Below, one piece after another: positions 1 through 12,383 of a DNA stretch of 37,706 nt. This DNA comes from Octopus bimaculoides (taxonomy: Eukaryota), in contig NC_068990.1 in NCBI RefSeq assembly GCF_001194135.2, positions 38,400,791 through 38,438,496 on the forward strand, in the 5' to 3' direction. Below the pieces are notes generated by a model, which did not search any database, was not told where the DNA came from, and saw nothing but the letters and a program-made list of their open reading frames with translations. Made by a program: the position numbers and the translations under genes. Position 1 is the stretch's first letter. The number at the start of each line of letters is the position of its first letter.

Positions 1-230
1 TATATATATATATATATATATATGCATATGCTCATGTATATATATATATATTCTTATGTATGTATATATCCATATATGTACATACATTCATTTACGCATA
101 TATATGTACGTATATACACATATAAACATATATATGTATATACATGTGTACATTTATTTATACGTATGTATGTATATAACTATGTGTATGGTTTTTGTCT
201 TTAACTATATGTACACATCAACATTTACAC
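1..230. repeat. (TA)n and degenerate TA/TG/CA low-complexity tract
   Basis: Directly visible; explains ORFs 22..204 and 56..301. Confidence 0.95.
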
Positions 231-689
231 ATTTTTCAGTCTGTCACTCTCTTAATTTTATTCATATATTTACTAATAGTTTGAATTCTCTTTCTATTTA
301 ACATCAAACGCCATTTGTTCCTTCTTCCTGTTCTGCTTTATTTGACACTGTCTTGCTCTTCCAATAACCATTATTTAAAATTTACAGTCTTCCACTTTCA
401 GTACTTTCTCGCTTTGTCGCTTTCATATTATTTACCGTTTTGTATTCCAGTCGGATTTCTAATATATTCTCTCATTTACCATTTGTCAACCATTGTCCGG
501 GTGATTCTTCAAAGTCATTAAATCTATACGCTTTATTACTGGGTCATTATTCATAAGCTTGTATTTAGTTATGTTTGTATACGTCTAGGTATACATTCCA
601 TCGCACGGACTCACACATACAGATACACATGTGTATATGTATGTGTGTGTTGTTTTGTGGGTATATGTTATATGCCTGTATGTAGAATG

Positions 690-800
690 TGTTCGTATTG
701 CCATGAGATTCAGTTCTTTTTGCAACTATGACAGCTTCGGTTCGATCCTATTGGATGGCTTCCTTGGGAAAGTTTATTTTATGACCCTTGTTTGGGAAAG
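690..800 (+). mobile_element. Decayed tRNA-derived CORE-type SINE head
   Basis: B-box-like GGTTCGATCC at 739-748 followed by CCTTGGGAAAGT, resembling the CCTTGGGCAAGT core motif and the better-preserved copy at 6457-7059. Confidence 0.4.
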
Positions 801-1104
801 AATTTAAAGAGACGGAAGATATGGATGTCAGTTGGATTTCTTGCAAAGTTCACAATTTGACACTAATTCTCTTCTTTGCATTGCATTACGAGTACAAGTA
901 TCTATGGAATATTCATCTATGAAACCGATGAAGATCGATCTATTTTTTAATTGATGATAGTTAAACCCTTAGATTTGATATGATAAAGTAACTGCCGATA
1001 AGTATATAAAATGATAAATAACACTAACAAGAGATTAAGAGTTCAAGGGGAAAATAGGGAAGAATGTGAATAAATTTATATAGTCAATTGGTGATCAATG
1101 AAAA

Positions 1105-1290
1105 CAATGCATTTAAAAGTACGACTCCTCAACAAGAGATACAGCTATGCAGAGGCCCAGAGTATATTCACTGCACCAGTCTACTCAACACATTCCTAGT
1201 ATTTGAAGTGACAGTAGTAGCGGTATTTCATTAGTACCACCTTAAATACCTGTGGGTATTTAGTCCGATGCGCTAAGCAATCTGTCAAAA
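1105..1290 (-). mobile_element. Old SINE-like repeat remnant
   Basis: Minus strand GCTTAGCGCATCGGACTAAATACCCACAGGTATTTAAGGTGGTAC...CTCTTGTTGAGGAGTCGTAC resembles an octopus interspersed repeat I recall; promoter boxes are eroded; not verified. Confidence 0.3.
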
Positions 1291-1384
1291 GACTTCTATG
1301 TTAACTATATTAATATCTAAGAGATGCTCTTAGACACACGTTTTAATGGTAAGATAAAAATCAGTCATATCGATCAAGCTAATT

Positions 1385-1520
1385 AATATTTTAATTTATC
1401 AACACTGCATGGTTGACATGCAAAGTTAAGGTCTCCAGACCTAAAGGCTTAAAGAGCCGTAACGAAGTAGTGTTGTCCAACACTATAACTATTCTGCCAA
1501 TCCAGCCTCCTCTGACGGCA
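1385..1520 (-). mobile_element. Heavily decayed SINE remnant (type of 22345-22548)
   Basis: Minus strand GGATTGGCAGAATAGTTA...CTTTGCATGTCAACC...TTGATAAATTAA parallels TGGCAGAATCGTTAG...CTTGCCTGTCACCC...TCGATAAAATAA of the 22.3-kb copy. Confidence 0.3.
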
Positions 1521-1744
1521 TTAGCAATAATAATGTTGTTGTTGTTGTTATCGATGATGATGATGATGATAATAATAATGATTTCATTTCTTTGCCACAA
1601 GGGCGAAGGATGTGGGGTACAATACAAAGACAGACATAAAGTGTGGGGATTTACATATAATAATGAAATGATTAAAAAAAGTTAAAGTATACACGTTATA
1701 CACCGAAAAAGAAGGGATATATGATTGGCATAGAAATATTTTTT

Positions 1745-2280
1745 AAAAAAGGGAGAGAATGAGAGAGATGTAACCCTCCTGATACAGGAACGTCTCTAGG
1801 GATAATCAAAGGATCCCACTATCCGAGATTTCTCTGAAACCCAAGGAGCAAGTGTCTCACTCCATTTCCTTCTCTCCGACTCACTGGTCTACACTTAGAG
1901 AGGTACCTTCCACTATTAGCATTTTCGCAATTTTCCCCACCTTTCCATAAACTCACACGAGGACAGCACTTCCCTTTCGCTTCTCAATTTCCTTTTCAGG
2001 TGAAAATTGAAAAAGTTAATGAGAGCTCTACCAAAGAAGAATGAAACTGTCCTGGTGCCTTTCAGCCTTGTCCACCAAACAACCTCTTTCGCCACAGCCA
2101 AAGGCAAAGGAGGACTTCCTTGCCTGCCCGATTGTAAGAAGGTGGCAGTGCAATCATCACTACAGACTCGACCGACAGACAGATCCGTCCCACACGAGAG
2201 AGCAGCTCTTCAACATAAACCCATAAGTCAACAATGCCCGGGCACAGGACAATGCGTGTACCTCGGACAAGTCCATCTGG
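1745..2280 (-). mobile_element. 5'-truncated L1/Tx1-like LINE: frameshifted ORF2 C-terminus plus 3' UTR
   Basis: Minus-strand pieces TCPR...HA.VLCPGIVDLWVYVEELLSRVGR (eroded CCHC zf-RVT-type knuckle) and AVAKEVVWWTRLKG...ALINFFNFHLKRKLRSEREVLSSCEFMERW (ORF 1916..2107). Family assignment from recall of L1/Tx1-clade ORF2 ends. Confidence 0.7.
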
Positions 2281-2395
2281 GTTTCAAACTTTTCCACAGG
2301 GGAAGCAATTTTGGGGAAGGGGATGAGTCGATTACATCGACACCAGTGTTCCATTGGGACTTATTTTATTGACCCCGTAAAGGTGAAAAACAAAG
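2281..2395 (-). mobile_element. SINE 3' fragment (same family as 22345-22548 and 36260-36414)
   Basis: Minus strand CACCTTTACGGGGTCAATAAAATAAGT...GTCGATGTAATCGACT...CCCCAAAATTGC...AAGTTTGAAAC matches the other two copies. Confidence 0.75.
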
Positions 2396-2879
2396 CACAA
2401 TATTATTTATGAGATTAAAATGAATGATAATAACCAAAGATCTAAGCTGAGAGAAGTCAAATGCTATTTATTGACAAACAATGAGAAACAAAAGATATAT
2501 GTTATGATAGAGAGCAATTGAGAGGAGGCATGGATAACAAAAGGTCGGGAACAGATCGGAGGTATTTAAGACTGATGCACACACATTGTTAGTACCACAT
2601 CGTCACATACACACGCATATATGTATGTATGTATGTATGTATGTTTATTTGTATATATGAGTAGAGATGAATACGTATATTTAAATATATAGATATATGT
2701 CCTATAAATTGCATGTATTTGTGCATGTATATGTATGTGTATGCGTGTGAGTGTGCGTGTATGTTTGTTCGTGTGTGTGTGTGCGTGAGTGTGTAATTAT
2801 GGATAGCTAAGTAAACGGCTTGATAAATGGATAGATAGTTTAAAATAGAATGGATGAGCACATAGGAATATGAGGAAGG

Positions 2880-2910
<31 letters not shown>

Positions 2911-3751
2911 TGATATAGAGAAAGACAAAGAGATACAGTCACATACGCAGTTTGAAGCATACAGCTAAACTGACACACATGGAGAGAATAAATTGTATAA
3001 AATAAGAAACGAAAGAAGCAATATAATAAATTTTAAAAGAAAACATGAAACGTATTATAAACATGCAATTGGACGGAAAAAATGACAAATCTAAAGTTAA
3101 AACGTCAGCAACAATAACGTCAACAATAACAATAACAACAACAAAGTCAATTTGGAATCGGAAAATCGATAGTTATAGAACATCATCAATTAAAAAAATA
3201 TATGTACACATTAACCTGAAAGAAATTCTAATACAAGCAAAATTTGCTGCAGGAAGGAAGCGCATGATGGGTGGTGGAAGGGAAGAATAAAAAATACGAA
3301 TATAAACTAAAACAAAATAAACAAAAGGCAAAATTGCAGCAAAAATCAACATCATCATAGGGAAGCCCATTAAACATTGCAATGGAATAATGTCTTTGTA
3401 ATAAATTTTTGATGATATACAATTGTCTACTAATGTTGCAAAAATTGATGCTGCTATCACAATTTATTTGGGACAATTTCACAGAGTAGATAGGAGTAAA
3501 ATGATTTGGGAAAAGTGAAGAATAAAAAGAGATTTATTACGGATAAGGATAGACATGTATCTACGTATGTATATATGTCTTTATGTAAGTGCTTGTACAT
3601 GTATATATATCGTTTGTGCACCCACACATACATATGTATGTATGTACATATATGTATGTACATATGTGAGTAAATATGTATATATATATAAATATAAACA
3701 TATATGTACACACACACACGCACGCATATATACACATATATGTACACACAC

Positions 3752-3782
<31 letters not shown>

Positions 3783-4097
3783 NNNNNNNNNNNNNNNNNN
3801 NNNNNNNNNNNNNNNNNNNNNNNNNNNNNNNNNNNNNNNNNNNNNNNNNNNNNNNNNNNNNNNNNNNNNNNNNNNNNNNNNNNNNNNNNNNNNNNNNNNN
3901 NNNNNNNNNNNNNNNNNNNNNNNNNNNNNNNNNNNNNNNNNNNNNNNNNNNNNNNNNNNNNNNNNNNNNNNNNNNNNNNNNNNNNNNNNNNNNNNNNNNN
4001 NNNNNNNNNNNNNNNNNNNNNNNNNNNNNNNNNNNNNNNNNNNNNNNNNNNNNNNNNNNNNNNNNNNNNNNNNNNNNNNNNNNNNNNNNNNNNNNNN

Positions 4098-4133
<36 letters not shown>

Positions 4134-5348
4134 CGTACATACACATATACACATATACATACAAATGTACATGTTCCTTTATTCTTTTATACGTTTCAGC
4201 CATGCAACTACAACCATGTTCGAGTGCCACCGTGAATTCGTACCCTTTTCATTTTCCTCTTCCGTATTTGGTTTCTTCTTTGTATTGGGGTTACACATCA
4301 TCATCATTGCATTCGTTTTTCGTGTATGAGGGAATTTGATACTGCTGCCCTAGTGCTTACTTCATATTTAGGTCATCAAAAACACTCACTCACACAAACA
4401 CAGCCGCAATACACACATACTCACACACATACACGCAGCTGGTGGCCAAACACATGCACAAAGGTTGAGACACCCAAAAGAATACATCTAACCCAAAGGA
4501 AAATCTTAATTCTTTCTTCAACAAGATATTCATCAACACAAAGCTGGTAACATTCCAAACGTATTGAAAGGACATCCAACACAACACACACAAACAGGTG
4601 GACATAAATCCCATTCAATAAATGCTTTTAAGCCACTCCCCTGGCAAAAAACCAGAACAAATTATTTTAGACAATAGACAACTNNNNNNNNNNNNNNNNN
4701 NNNNNNNNNNNNNNNNNNNNNNNNNNNNNNNNNNNNNNNNNNNNNNNNNNNNNNNNNNNNNNNNNNNNNNNNNNNNNNNNNNNNNNNNNNNNNNNNNNNN
4801 NNNNNNNNNNNNNNNNNNNNNNNNNNNNNNNNNNNNNNNNNNNNNNNNNNNNNNNNNNNNNNNNNNNNNNNNNNNNNNNNNNNNNNNNNNNNNNNNNNNN
4901 NNNNNNNNNNNNNNNNNNNNNNNNNNNNNNNNNNNNNNNNNNNNNNNNNNNNNNNNNNNNNNNNNNNNNNNNNNNNNNNNNNNNNNNNNNNNNNNNNNNN
5001 NNNNNNNNNNNNNNNNNNNNNNNNNNNNNNNNNNNNNNNNNNNNNNNNNNNNNNNNNNNNNNNNNNNNNNNNNNNNNNNNNNNNNNNNNNNNNNNNNNNN
5101 NNNNNNNNNNNNNNNNNNNNNNNNNNNNNNNNNNNNNNNNNNNNNNNNNNNNNNNNNNNNNNNNNNNNNNNNNNNNNNNNNNNNNNNNNNNNNNNNNNNN
5201 NNNNNNNNNNNNNNNNNNNNNNNNNNNNNNNNNNNNNNNNNNNNNNNNNATATATATATATATATATAAGCATTATTATTTCTATATCTCTCAACGAGAG
5301 ACATTTAATAACAGTATTCTAAGGTAAAGATTGTTTGCCAACATAATG

Positions 5349-5608
5349 TGTCAGACCCTGTTATTTAGCCCCAAGAAGCATCGTCTCCAGCTGGCTATAC
5401 GACACACTATCTGCGTCCTTATATTTTCGAACAGGGGAGTTCAGCATCCTCACTCAGTATAAATTAATATCCGACCGCGGTTTCTTTGTTATTTCTCTTC
5501 CTCAGCACAGAGGCACTGCTAAACTCCTGTTCGAAAATATAAGGACAAAAATAGTGTGTCGTACAGCCAGTTGGAGACGAAGTTCCCTTGGGCTAAATAG
5601 CAGTGACA
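5349..5608. mobile_element. MITE-like fold-back element with long inverted arms
   Basis: Arm 5358-5446 (CTGTTATTTAGCCCC...TCCTTATATTTTCGAACAGGGGAGTTCAGCA) is the reverse complement of 5517-5603 at roughly 85% by hand alignment; no ORF; no clear TSD. Confidence 0.85.
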
Positions 5609-6179
5609 TTCGTAACTTTACGTTATATATACATATATACATATTTGTTTGTGTGTGTGCGTATGTGTGTGCGTGTGTGTGTGTGTGAGTGTGTGTGTGT
5701 GTGCGTGCGTGTGCGTGCGTGTGAAAAGATATAGATTTTATTAAACTGCAGAATTTGTATTAGACAGTAACAGATATTAGGTTGACCATTAGTTTCCTCA
5801 GGATGTGCGATTCTAAGCGTATCATCGCCATTGTAGTTCTTTTTGATTTTAGATAGATGCATAACGTAAAGGGTCTCCGTTTGTTTTCGTTTTTAAAGTA
5901 TCAGGTCATAATTAATAACATGTCTTTTGGGGAATGATCTTAGTCAATAAAATTGACGAATATAACGACGACGAAGACGATGAGAACGATGATGACAGTC
6001 ATTCACTAATGAATATGAAATGCACTTACCAGGTATTTTATATATTCACAAACATTGCTCGGTAATTAAAACCCAAGAGCATTCTTGTGAAACAGTGATT
6101 AAATTACCGTTTCAGAAACATCATCTAGTCGCTTCAAAGTGAAGAACATTGATGTATTATAATCGTACTTTATTAGTAT

Positions 6180-6395
6180 GTAGCAAGATCAGCCCTGAGG
6201 CTAAAAAATAAGAAGTGTGTGCCCTTGACAAGAAGCGAAAGCTTCTAGTAGTGTTCTGTAAGTATGAAACATGGGCACTAAGAATAGCTGCCAGCAAGCA
6301 ACTGAGTGAGTTGATGTGCTTCAGACAAGCGTTGAGAATCAATTGGCTGTCCAGTAAGACGGAAGACTCAATCTTAGAGGTCTTAGGAGTATAAC
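6180..6395 (+). mobile_element. RTE-like LINE ORF2 C-terminal remnant
   Basis: Frame reads KISPEAKK*...VFCKYETWALRIAASKQLSELMCFRQALRINWLSSKTEDSILEVLG, echoing the RTE post-RT motif LYGCETW.L...LRI.W...NEEVL; contains a stop codon. Confidence 0.55.
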
Positions 6396-6456
6396 AAAAA
6401 GTTTTTCCGTCTGACAATTATGTCAGACGGCAAAACCTTTTGAAAAGGCTGTTACT

Positions 6457-7059
6457 ACTCTCTTTTACTCTTTTATTTGTTTCAGTCATTTGACTACGGC
6501 CATGCTAGAGCACCGCCTTTCGTTGCACATATCGACCCCAGGACTTATTCTTTGAGAGCCTAGTACTTATTCTATCGGTATCTTTTGTCGAGCCGCTAAG
6601 TTACGGGGACGTAAACACATCTGCATCGGTTGTAAAGCGCAAACACACAAACACACACAAAGCACACACACACACAGACATATATATATATATGTCTGTG
6701 TGTGTGTGTGCTTTGTGTGTGTTNNNNNNNNNNNNNNNNNNNNNNNNNNNNNNNNNNNNNNNNNNNNNNNNNNNNNNNNNNNNNNNNNNNNNNNNNNNNN
6801 NNNNNNNNNNNNNNNNNNNNNNNNNNNNNNNNNNNNNNNNNNNNNNNNNNNNNNNNNNNNNNNNNNNNNNNNNNNNNNNNNNNNNNNNNNNNATACACGA
6901 CGGGCTTCGTTCAGCTTCCGCCTACCAAATCCACTCACAAGGCTTTGGTCGGCCCGAGGCTATAGTAGAAGACACTTTCCCAAGGTGCCACGCAGTGGGA
7001 CTGAACTTGGGACCATTTGGTTTGTAAGCAAACTACTTACCACACAGCCACTCTAGCCT
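6457..7059 (-). mobile_element. Near full-length tRNA-derived CORE-type SINE with internal (CA)/(TA)/(TG) microsatellite and gap
   Basis: Minus strand: A-box-like TGGCTGTGTGG, B-box-like AGTTCAGTCCC, core-like CACCTTGGGAAAGTGTCTTC, microsatellite, body GTTTACGTCCCCGTAACTTAGCGG...GTCAAATGACTGAAAC and (AAAAGAGT)-type tail. Confidence 0.85.
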
Positions 7060-8512
7060 TTTAGACGACAAAGACAAACATAGAAGTGATGAAAACCCTA
7101 GGGATTAGTATGTTGCGACGGATGCCACTGTTTCTTAAACCCCCGACTCAAAGCTATGAAGTTATCCATACCTAAAGCTTATCCTCTCATTTTTAGATAT
7201 GGTAATGATTACAAATCGATGATTTCATGTAAGAGGGTTTACACCTAGCACTAGACTCCTGCCGCAACATCGTACGGCCTTCAGAATGTTATGACAATCA
7301 AACGGAAAAGAATGGAATAGCATAGATGTTAAAGTTATGACTCGGAGTAAATACATTTTACTTTGAAAATATCTTCACCTGTGACAGAGAGATACTTCTC
7401 ACTTGCATGATCAGCTTCAAATAATATCAAGTCTTGATGAAAAATACTATATACTCTCACAAAACGGAAGACACGTGGAAATAAGTAAAATTTACAACAC
7501 TCTAAAGACAACATACGGGACATGTCACGTCCGGAAAACCTAGGATGACCTGCGGCTGAACAGTGACAACAATAATAACAATAATATGTTGGTAAAAGAA
7601 AGATGAACGAATTATTCCATACTTTAGAAATAGAGAGGTTATAATGAGGCATAAATGTTAGTCAAACAGAATTTATTGAATATAGCAGTGAAATCGCTCA
7701 ATTTCATCTTATACATACACACGCACACACACTGCATATAAATGTATATATATATATATATATATNNNNNNNNNNNNNNNNNNNNNNNNNNNNNNNNNNN
7801 NNNNNNNNNNNNNNNNNNNNNNNNNNNNNNNNNNNNNNNNNNNNNNNNNNNNNNNNNNNNNNNNNNNNNNNNNNNNNNNNNNNNNNNNNNNNNNNNNNNN
7901 NNNNNNNNNNNNNNNNNNNNNNNNNNNNNNNNNNNNNNNNNNNNNNNNNNNNNNNNNNNNNNNNNNNNNNNNNNNNNNNNNNNNNNNNNNNNNNNNNNNN
8001 NNNNNNNNNNNNNNNNNNNNNNNNNNNNNNNNNNNNNNNNNNNNNNNNNNNNNNNNNNNNNNNNNNNNNNNNNNNNNNNNNNNNNNNNNNNNNNNNNNNN
8101 NNNNNNNNNNNNNNNNNNNNNNNNNNNNNNNNNNNNNNNNNNNNNNNNNNNNNNNNNNNNNNNNNNNNNNNNNNNNNNNNNNNNNNNNNNNNNNNNNNNN
8201 NNNNNNNNNNNNNNNNNNNNNNNNNNNNNNNNNNNNNNNNNNNNNNNNNNNNNNNNNNNNNNNNNNNNNNNNNNNNNNNNNNNNNNNNNNNNNNNNNNNN
8301 NNNNNNNNNNNNNNNNNNNNNNNNNNNNNNNNNNNNNNNNNNNNNNNNNNNNNNNNNNNNNNNNNNNNNNNNNNNNNNNNNNNNNNNNNNNNNNNNNNNN
8401 NNNNNNNNNNNNNNNNNNNNNNNNNNNNNNNNNNNNNNNNNNNNNNNNNNNNNNNNNNNNNNNNNNNNNNNNNNNNNNNNNNNNNNNNNNNNNNNNNNNN
8501 NNNNNNNNNNNN

Positions 8513-8556
<44 letters not shown>

Positions 8557-9006
8557 CACACATAGATAATGCAGCATTGCGCGTGTGTGGAAACGGTAGT
8601 ATACATGCACATAGAAAGGTGAATACTTTGAATGGTGTGTATGAATTATTAACGACCATATATATACACAGCGTGTATATACATACGTGTGTATGTATGT
8701 GTGTGAATGTGCGTGTGTTTAAGAAAGCAAAGGTAGATTGCTAGATGTGTGTTTAATGTATGTCTATGTATGAGGCTGCGCATGGCTCATGTATGCGCGT
8801 GTATGTGTGTTTCAGTGTGTATGCATGTGCCTGTATCTGTATGTCTATTTCTATGGTTCCTGAGAACAGAGACGTGAATAAATCACCCCAGGAAGTCTCA
8901 CAGAACAGAAGAAAATGTAAAGTGCAGTTTAGAAAGCAAAAATCATTAAGTGAATATAAATAATATCAGAGAAAGTTATAGCAATTGTGTGAGTGGATGT
9001 ACGTTC

Positions 9007-9050
<44 letters not shown>

Positions 9051-10369
9051 ATGTGTGTGTGTGTGTGTTTAGTAGTTTGCATGATTGTGAGGTTGTGGAG
9101 GGGGAGGTGACCAAAATCTGCAATCAGTACGTAAGTGCTAAATTAAGAGAAATCATCTGAGTATCCCCCTTTCCTTTACTTACCACTTTCACTTTCAATA
9201 TATATTTACAAAAACACACACTCACAGGCACATACACACACACGTCTATGCATATATATATATATATATATATATGTNNNNNNNNNNNNNNNNNNNNNNN
9301 NNNNNNNNNNNNNNNNNNNNNNNNNNNNNNNNNNNNNNNNNNNNNNNNNNNNNNNNNNNNNNNNNNNNNNNNNNNNNNNNNNNNNNNNNNNNNNNNNNNN
9401 NNNNNNNNNNNNNNNNNNNNNNNNNNNNNNNNNNNNNNNNNNNNNNNNNNNNNNNNNNNNNNNNNNNNNNNNNNNNNNNNNNNNNNNNNNNNNNNNNNNN
9501 NNNNNNNNNNNNNNNNNNNNNNNNNNNNNNNNNNNNNNNNNNNNNNNNNNNNNNNNNNNNNNNNNNNNNNNNNNNNNNNNNNNNNNNNNNNNNNNNNNNN
9601 NNNNNNNNNNNNNNNNNNNNNNNNNNNNNNNNNNNNNNNNNNNNNNNNNNNNNNNNNNNNNNNNNNNNNNNNNNNNNNNNNNNNNNNNNNNNNNNNNNNN
9701 NNNNNNNNNNNNNNNNNNNNNNNNNNNNNNNNNNNNNNNNNNNNNNNNNNNNNNNNNNNNNNNNNNNNNNNNNNNNNNNNNNNNNNNNNNNNNNNNNNNN
9801 NNNNNNNNNNNNNNNNNNNNNNNNNNNNNNNNNNNNNNNNNNNNNNNNNNNNNNNNNNNNNNNNNNNNNNNNNNNNNNNNNNNNNNNNNNNNNNNNNNNN
9901 NNNNNNNNNNNNNNNNNNNNNNNNNNNNNNNNNNNNNNNNNNNNNNNNNNNNNNNNNNNNNNNNNNNNNNNNNNNNNNNNNNNNNNNNNNNNNNNNNNNN
10001 NNNNNNNNNNNNNNNNNNNNNNNNNNNNNNNNNNNNNNNNNNNNNNNNNNNNNNNNNNNNNNNNNNNNNNNNNNNNNNNNNNNNNNNNNNNNNNNNNNNN
10101 NNNNNNNNNNNNNNNNNNNNNNNNNNNNNNNNNNNNNNNNNNNNNNNNNNNNNNNNNNNNNNNNNNNNNNNNNNNNNNNNNNNNNNNNNNNNNNNNNNNN
10201 NNNNNNNNNNNNNNNNNNNNNNNNNNNNNNNNNNNTATATATACTTATTCATATAGGTGTGTGTGTATGTACGTAGAAACGTATGTGTGCATGTGCGCAT
10301 ATAAGCATGCAGTTATGCACGTATATATATACATATTAATATGTGTACGCACATGTGCGCGTGTGAATG

Positions 10370-10407
<38 letters not shown>

Positions 10408-11248
10408 GTAGGTGTGCGCGCGCCTGTGTATCTGTTTCCAATCTTTTCTCTCCTGTCCTTGCTACATGAAAGTCTTGAGGCCACAATATCATATAATCCC
10501 ATGAAAGAACTCTCCTAATGCCATTTCATAAGAAATATAAAACAAACTGAAGATCGACAAAATTTATGCCTGCTGATTCATACGTATACGCAGGAGCACA
10601 CACACACACGCATGTATGAAAAGTAAATATATCTAGCAAATAATAAATACAATTAAATACATAAAATAAATATAAAATATCGTGGAATAAAAATTATGAA
10701 CACAATAAAGATAGTAAGAAGAACATTGTATATAAAGTTAACAAGACTCAATAAAATGTGAAAATATTTTTTTAAAATGTATCAGCGATAATGAAATAAA
10801 ACGAAGGTAAATCAATGAAATAGCATTTTCATCAAGTTTATGGTTATTAAGGAAGAGTTGATATATTGTGATATATTGGATATGAAGTCTCTGTAGATCT
10901 TGCGTTTAGCCCGCGGTAATTCCTGAGTAAACATATATCTGATCAAAGGCGCTCCATCCATGACCATGCGTTCTTTCGTATATTTGTTTTCTTCTGACAT
11001 AAACTACGTTAAAGAATGTTTCCTTTTTATTTAAATACACACGTACAAGCATAGAGTGATACAATCACACACATTTACAGACATGCTCGCAATTAATATA
11101 TGGTCGACAGTGACATCTGACTTTCTGCACTGAAATGATTCAAGATCATTGTTAGCATTTTCTTACAAGATATAAATCGCGTGCTCTGCTTAAATGAACG
11201 GAGTGTTCTTGTAGGTAATTTACAATTGTATTTATGTAGGAAAGCACG

Positions 11249-11284
<36 letters not shown>

Positions 11285-11334
11285 CGTGTGCATACAATTT
11301 GCGTGCAACATAAAGTACTAAAGTCTGATACAAC

Positions 11335-11665
11335 ACTTGGGAACGAATATCGCTGACACTACTCGCATGAACAAATCCTCTGTAACAATGATATGCCCTC
11401 ATCCTGTAATTATTCCTACTTCGTGAACAATTTTCTGGACTGTTAAACGAGGGTCTTCCATAACTATTTGCCGAACATTCTCAATCAAATCCTTCATTCG
11501 GCTTGTACTGTGACCATATTTGTAGTGGTTGTACCACCCGTGATCTAAGTTTTATCCATGGTATCACTTCTAAAGACCTGCCGAATCTTCTGATAGTTTG
11601 AGCTTGAGTATTGCTAAGCATTTTGCAAAACTTACTGCAATATCTTTGTTCGATGCGTTTGGTAA
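11335..11665 (-). mobile_element. Mariner-type transposase pseudogene fragment (N-terminal HTH DNA-binding region only)
   Basis: Minus strand IEQRYCSKFCKMLSNTQAQTIR..QVFRSDTMDKT*I..WYNHYKYG and TSRMKDLIENVRQIVMEDPRLTVQKIVHEVGIITG*GHIIVTEDLFMRVVSAIFVPK match the two mariner HTH motifs and the (W/F)VPK linker; stops and frameshifts present. Confidence 0.85.
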
Positions 11666-12383
11666 GAACAAAAATCTGACGAGTGCGAATTATTTGCTCG
11701 TACATTTGGCGTAACAGCCGGAAACTAACGCAGCCTACCACCAAAAGTAGAGTCTCAGTGACCTCTTAAAACATAGTAATTTTACTGTTTCATGTTCTTC
11801 AGTTTAAAATACGATTAGGATTATTTCAGGCGTATCGTCTATTCATTTGTACTCTATTTTATGATATGACAGAATATAATAAGTCATATCTTTGTCAGAA
11901 GAAAAATGCCAATACCAGTCAATATCTGTCAATGGAAATATGTCTTCATCTGTCAATTGAAATATGTAATTGCTCATCATTGAATACGTGTTATAACACT
12001 TCCGTTAAACATATCCATATTTCTCAGTCGAAATGCCTCTGTACCTCTTTAAACATTGCTTATGAATGAAAATGTGTCAATACTTATCATTCAAAACATA
12101 TCAATAACCGTCAATGGTAACATGTCAATGACCATTAATAGAACTATAATGCTACTCGTTACATTGAACACATCAATATCATTTTTGTAGAGCTTTCTAA
12201 ATGGGTTATAAGACCTTATAAAGACCAGAAATCTGACTGAGTGTTTGCAACAAAATAAGCTCCGCTTGAGAAACACTGATGTGCAGTTATCACTAGAAGC
12301 TATTTATGTAGTTTTCTCTTTATAACTTAAATACTCCAGATTACTAAAATTTCCACAACTGGCAACTGAATTGTTTGTTCCAG

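Noticed and set aside
2007-2372. 121-aa plus-strand ORF
   Set aside because: Antisense to the LINE remnant and running into a SINE.
3173-3460. Minus ORF with a GPCR TM5-like stretch (ILPFVYFVLVYIRIFYS)
   Set aside because: Antisense of an A-rich tract gives F/I/V/Y by composition; no other helices, motifs or good splice sites.
4440-4683. Possible LINE-derived fragment before the gap
   Set aside because: No recognisable motif in any frame.
5955-6031. Acidic frame DEYNDDEDDENDDD ending at CAG/GTATTT, overlapping a minus-strand GTAAGT
   Set aside because: Degenerate GAC/GAT microsatellite; frames are closed nearby.
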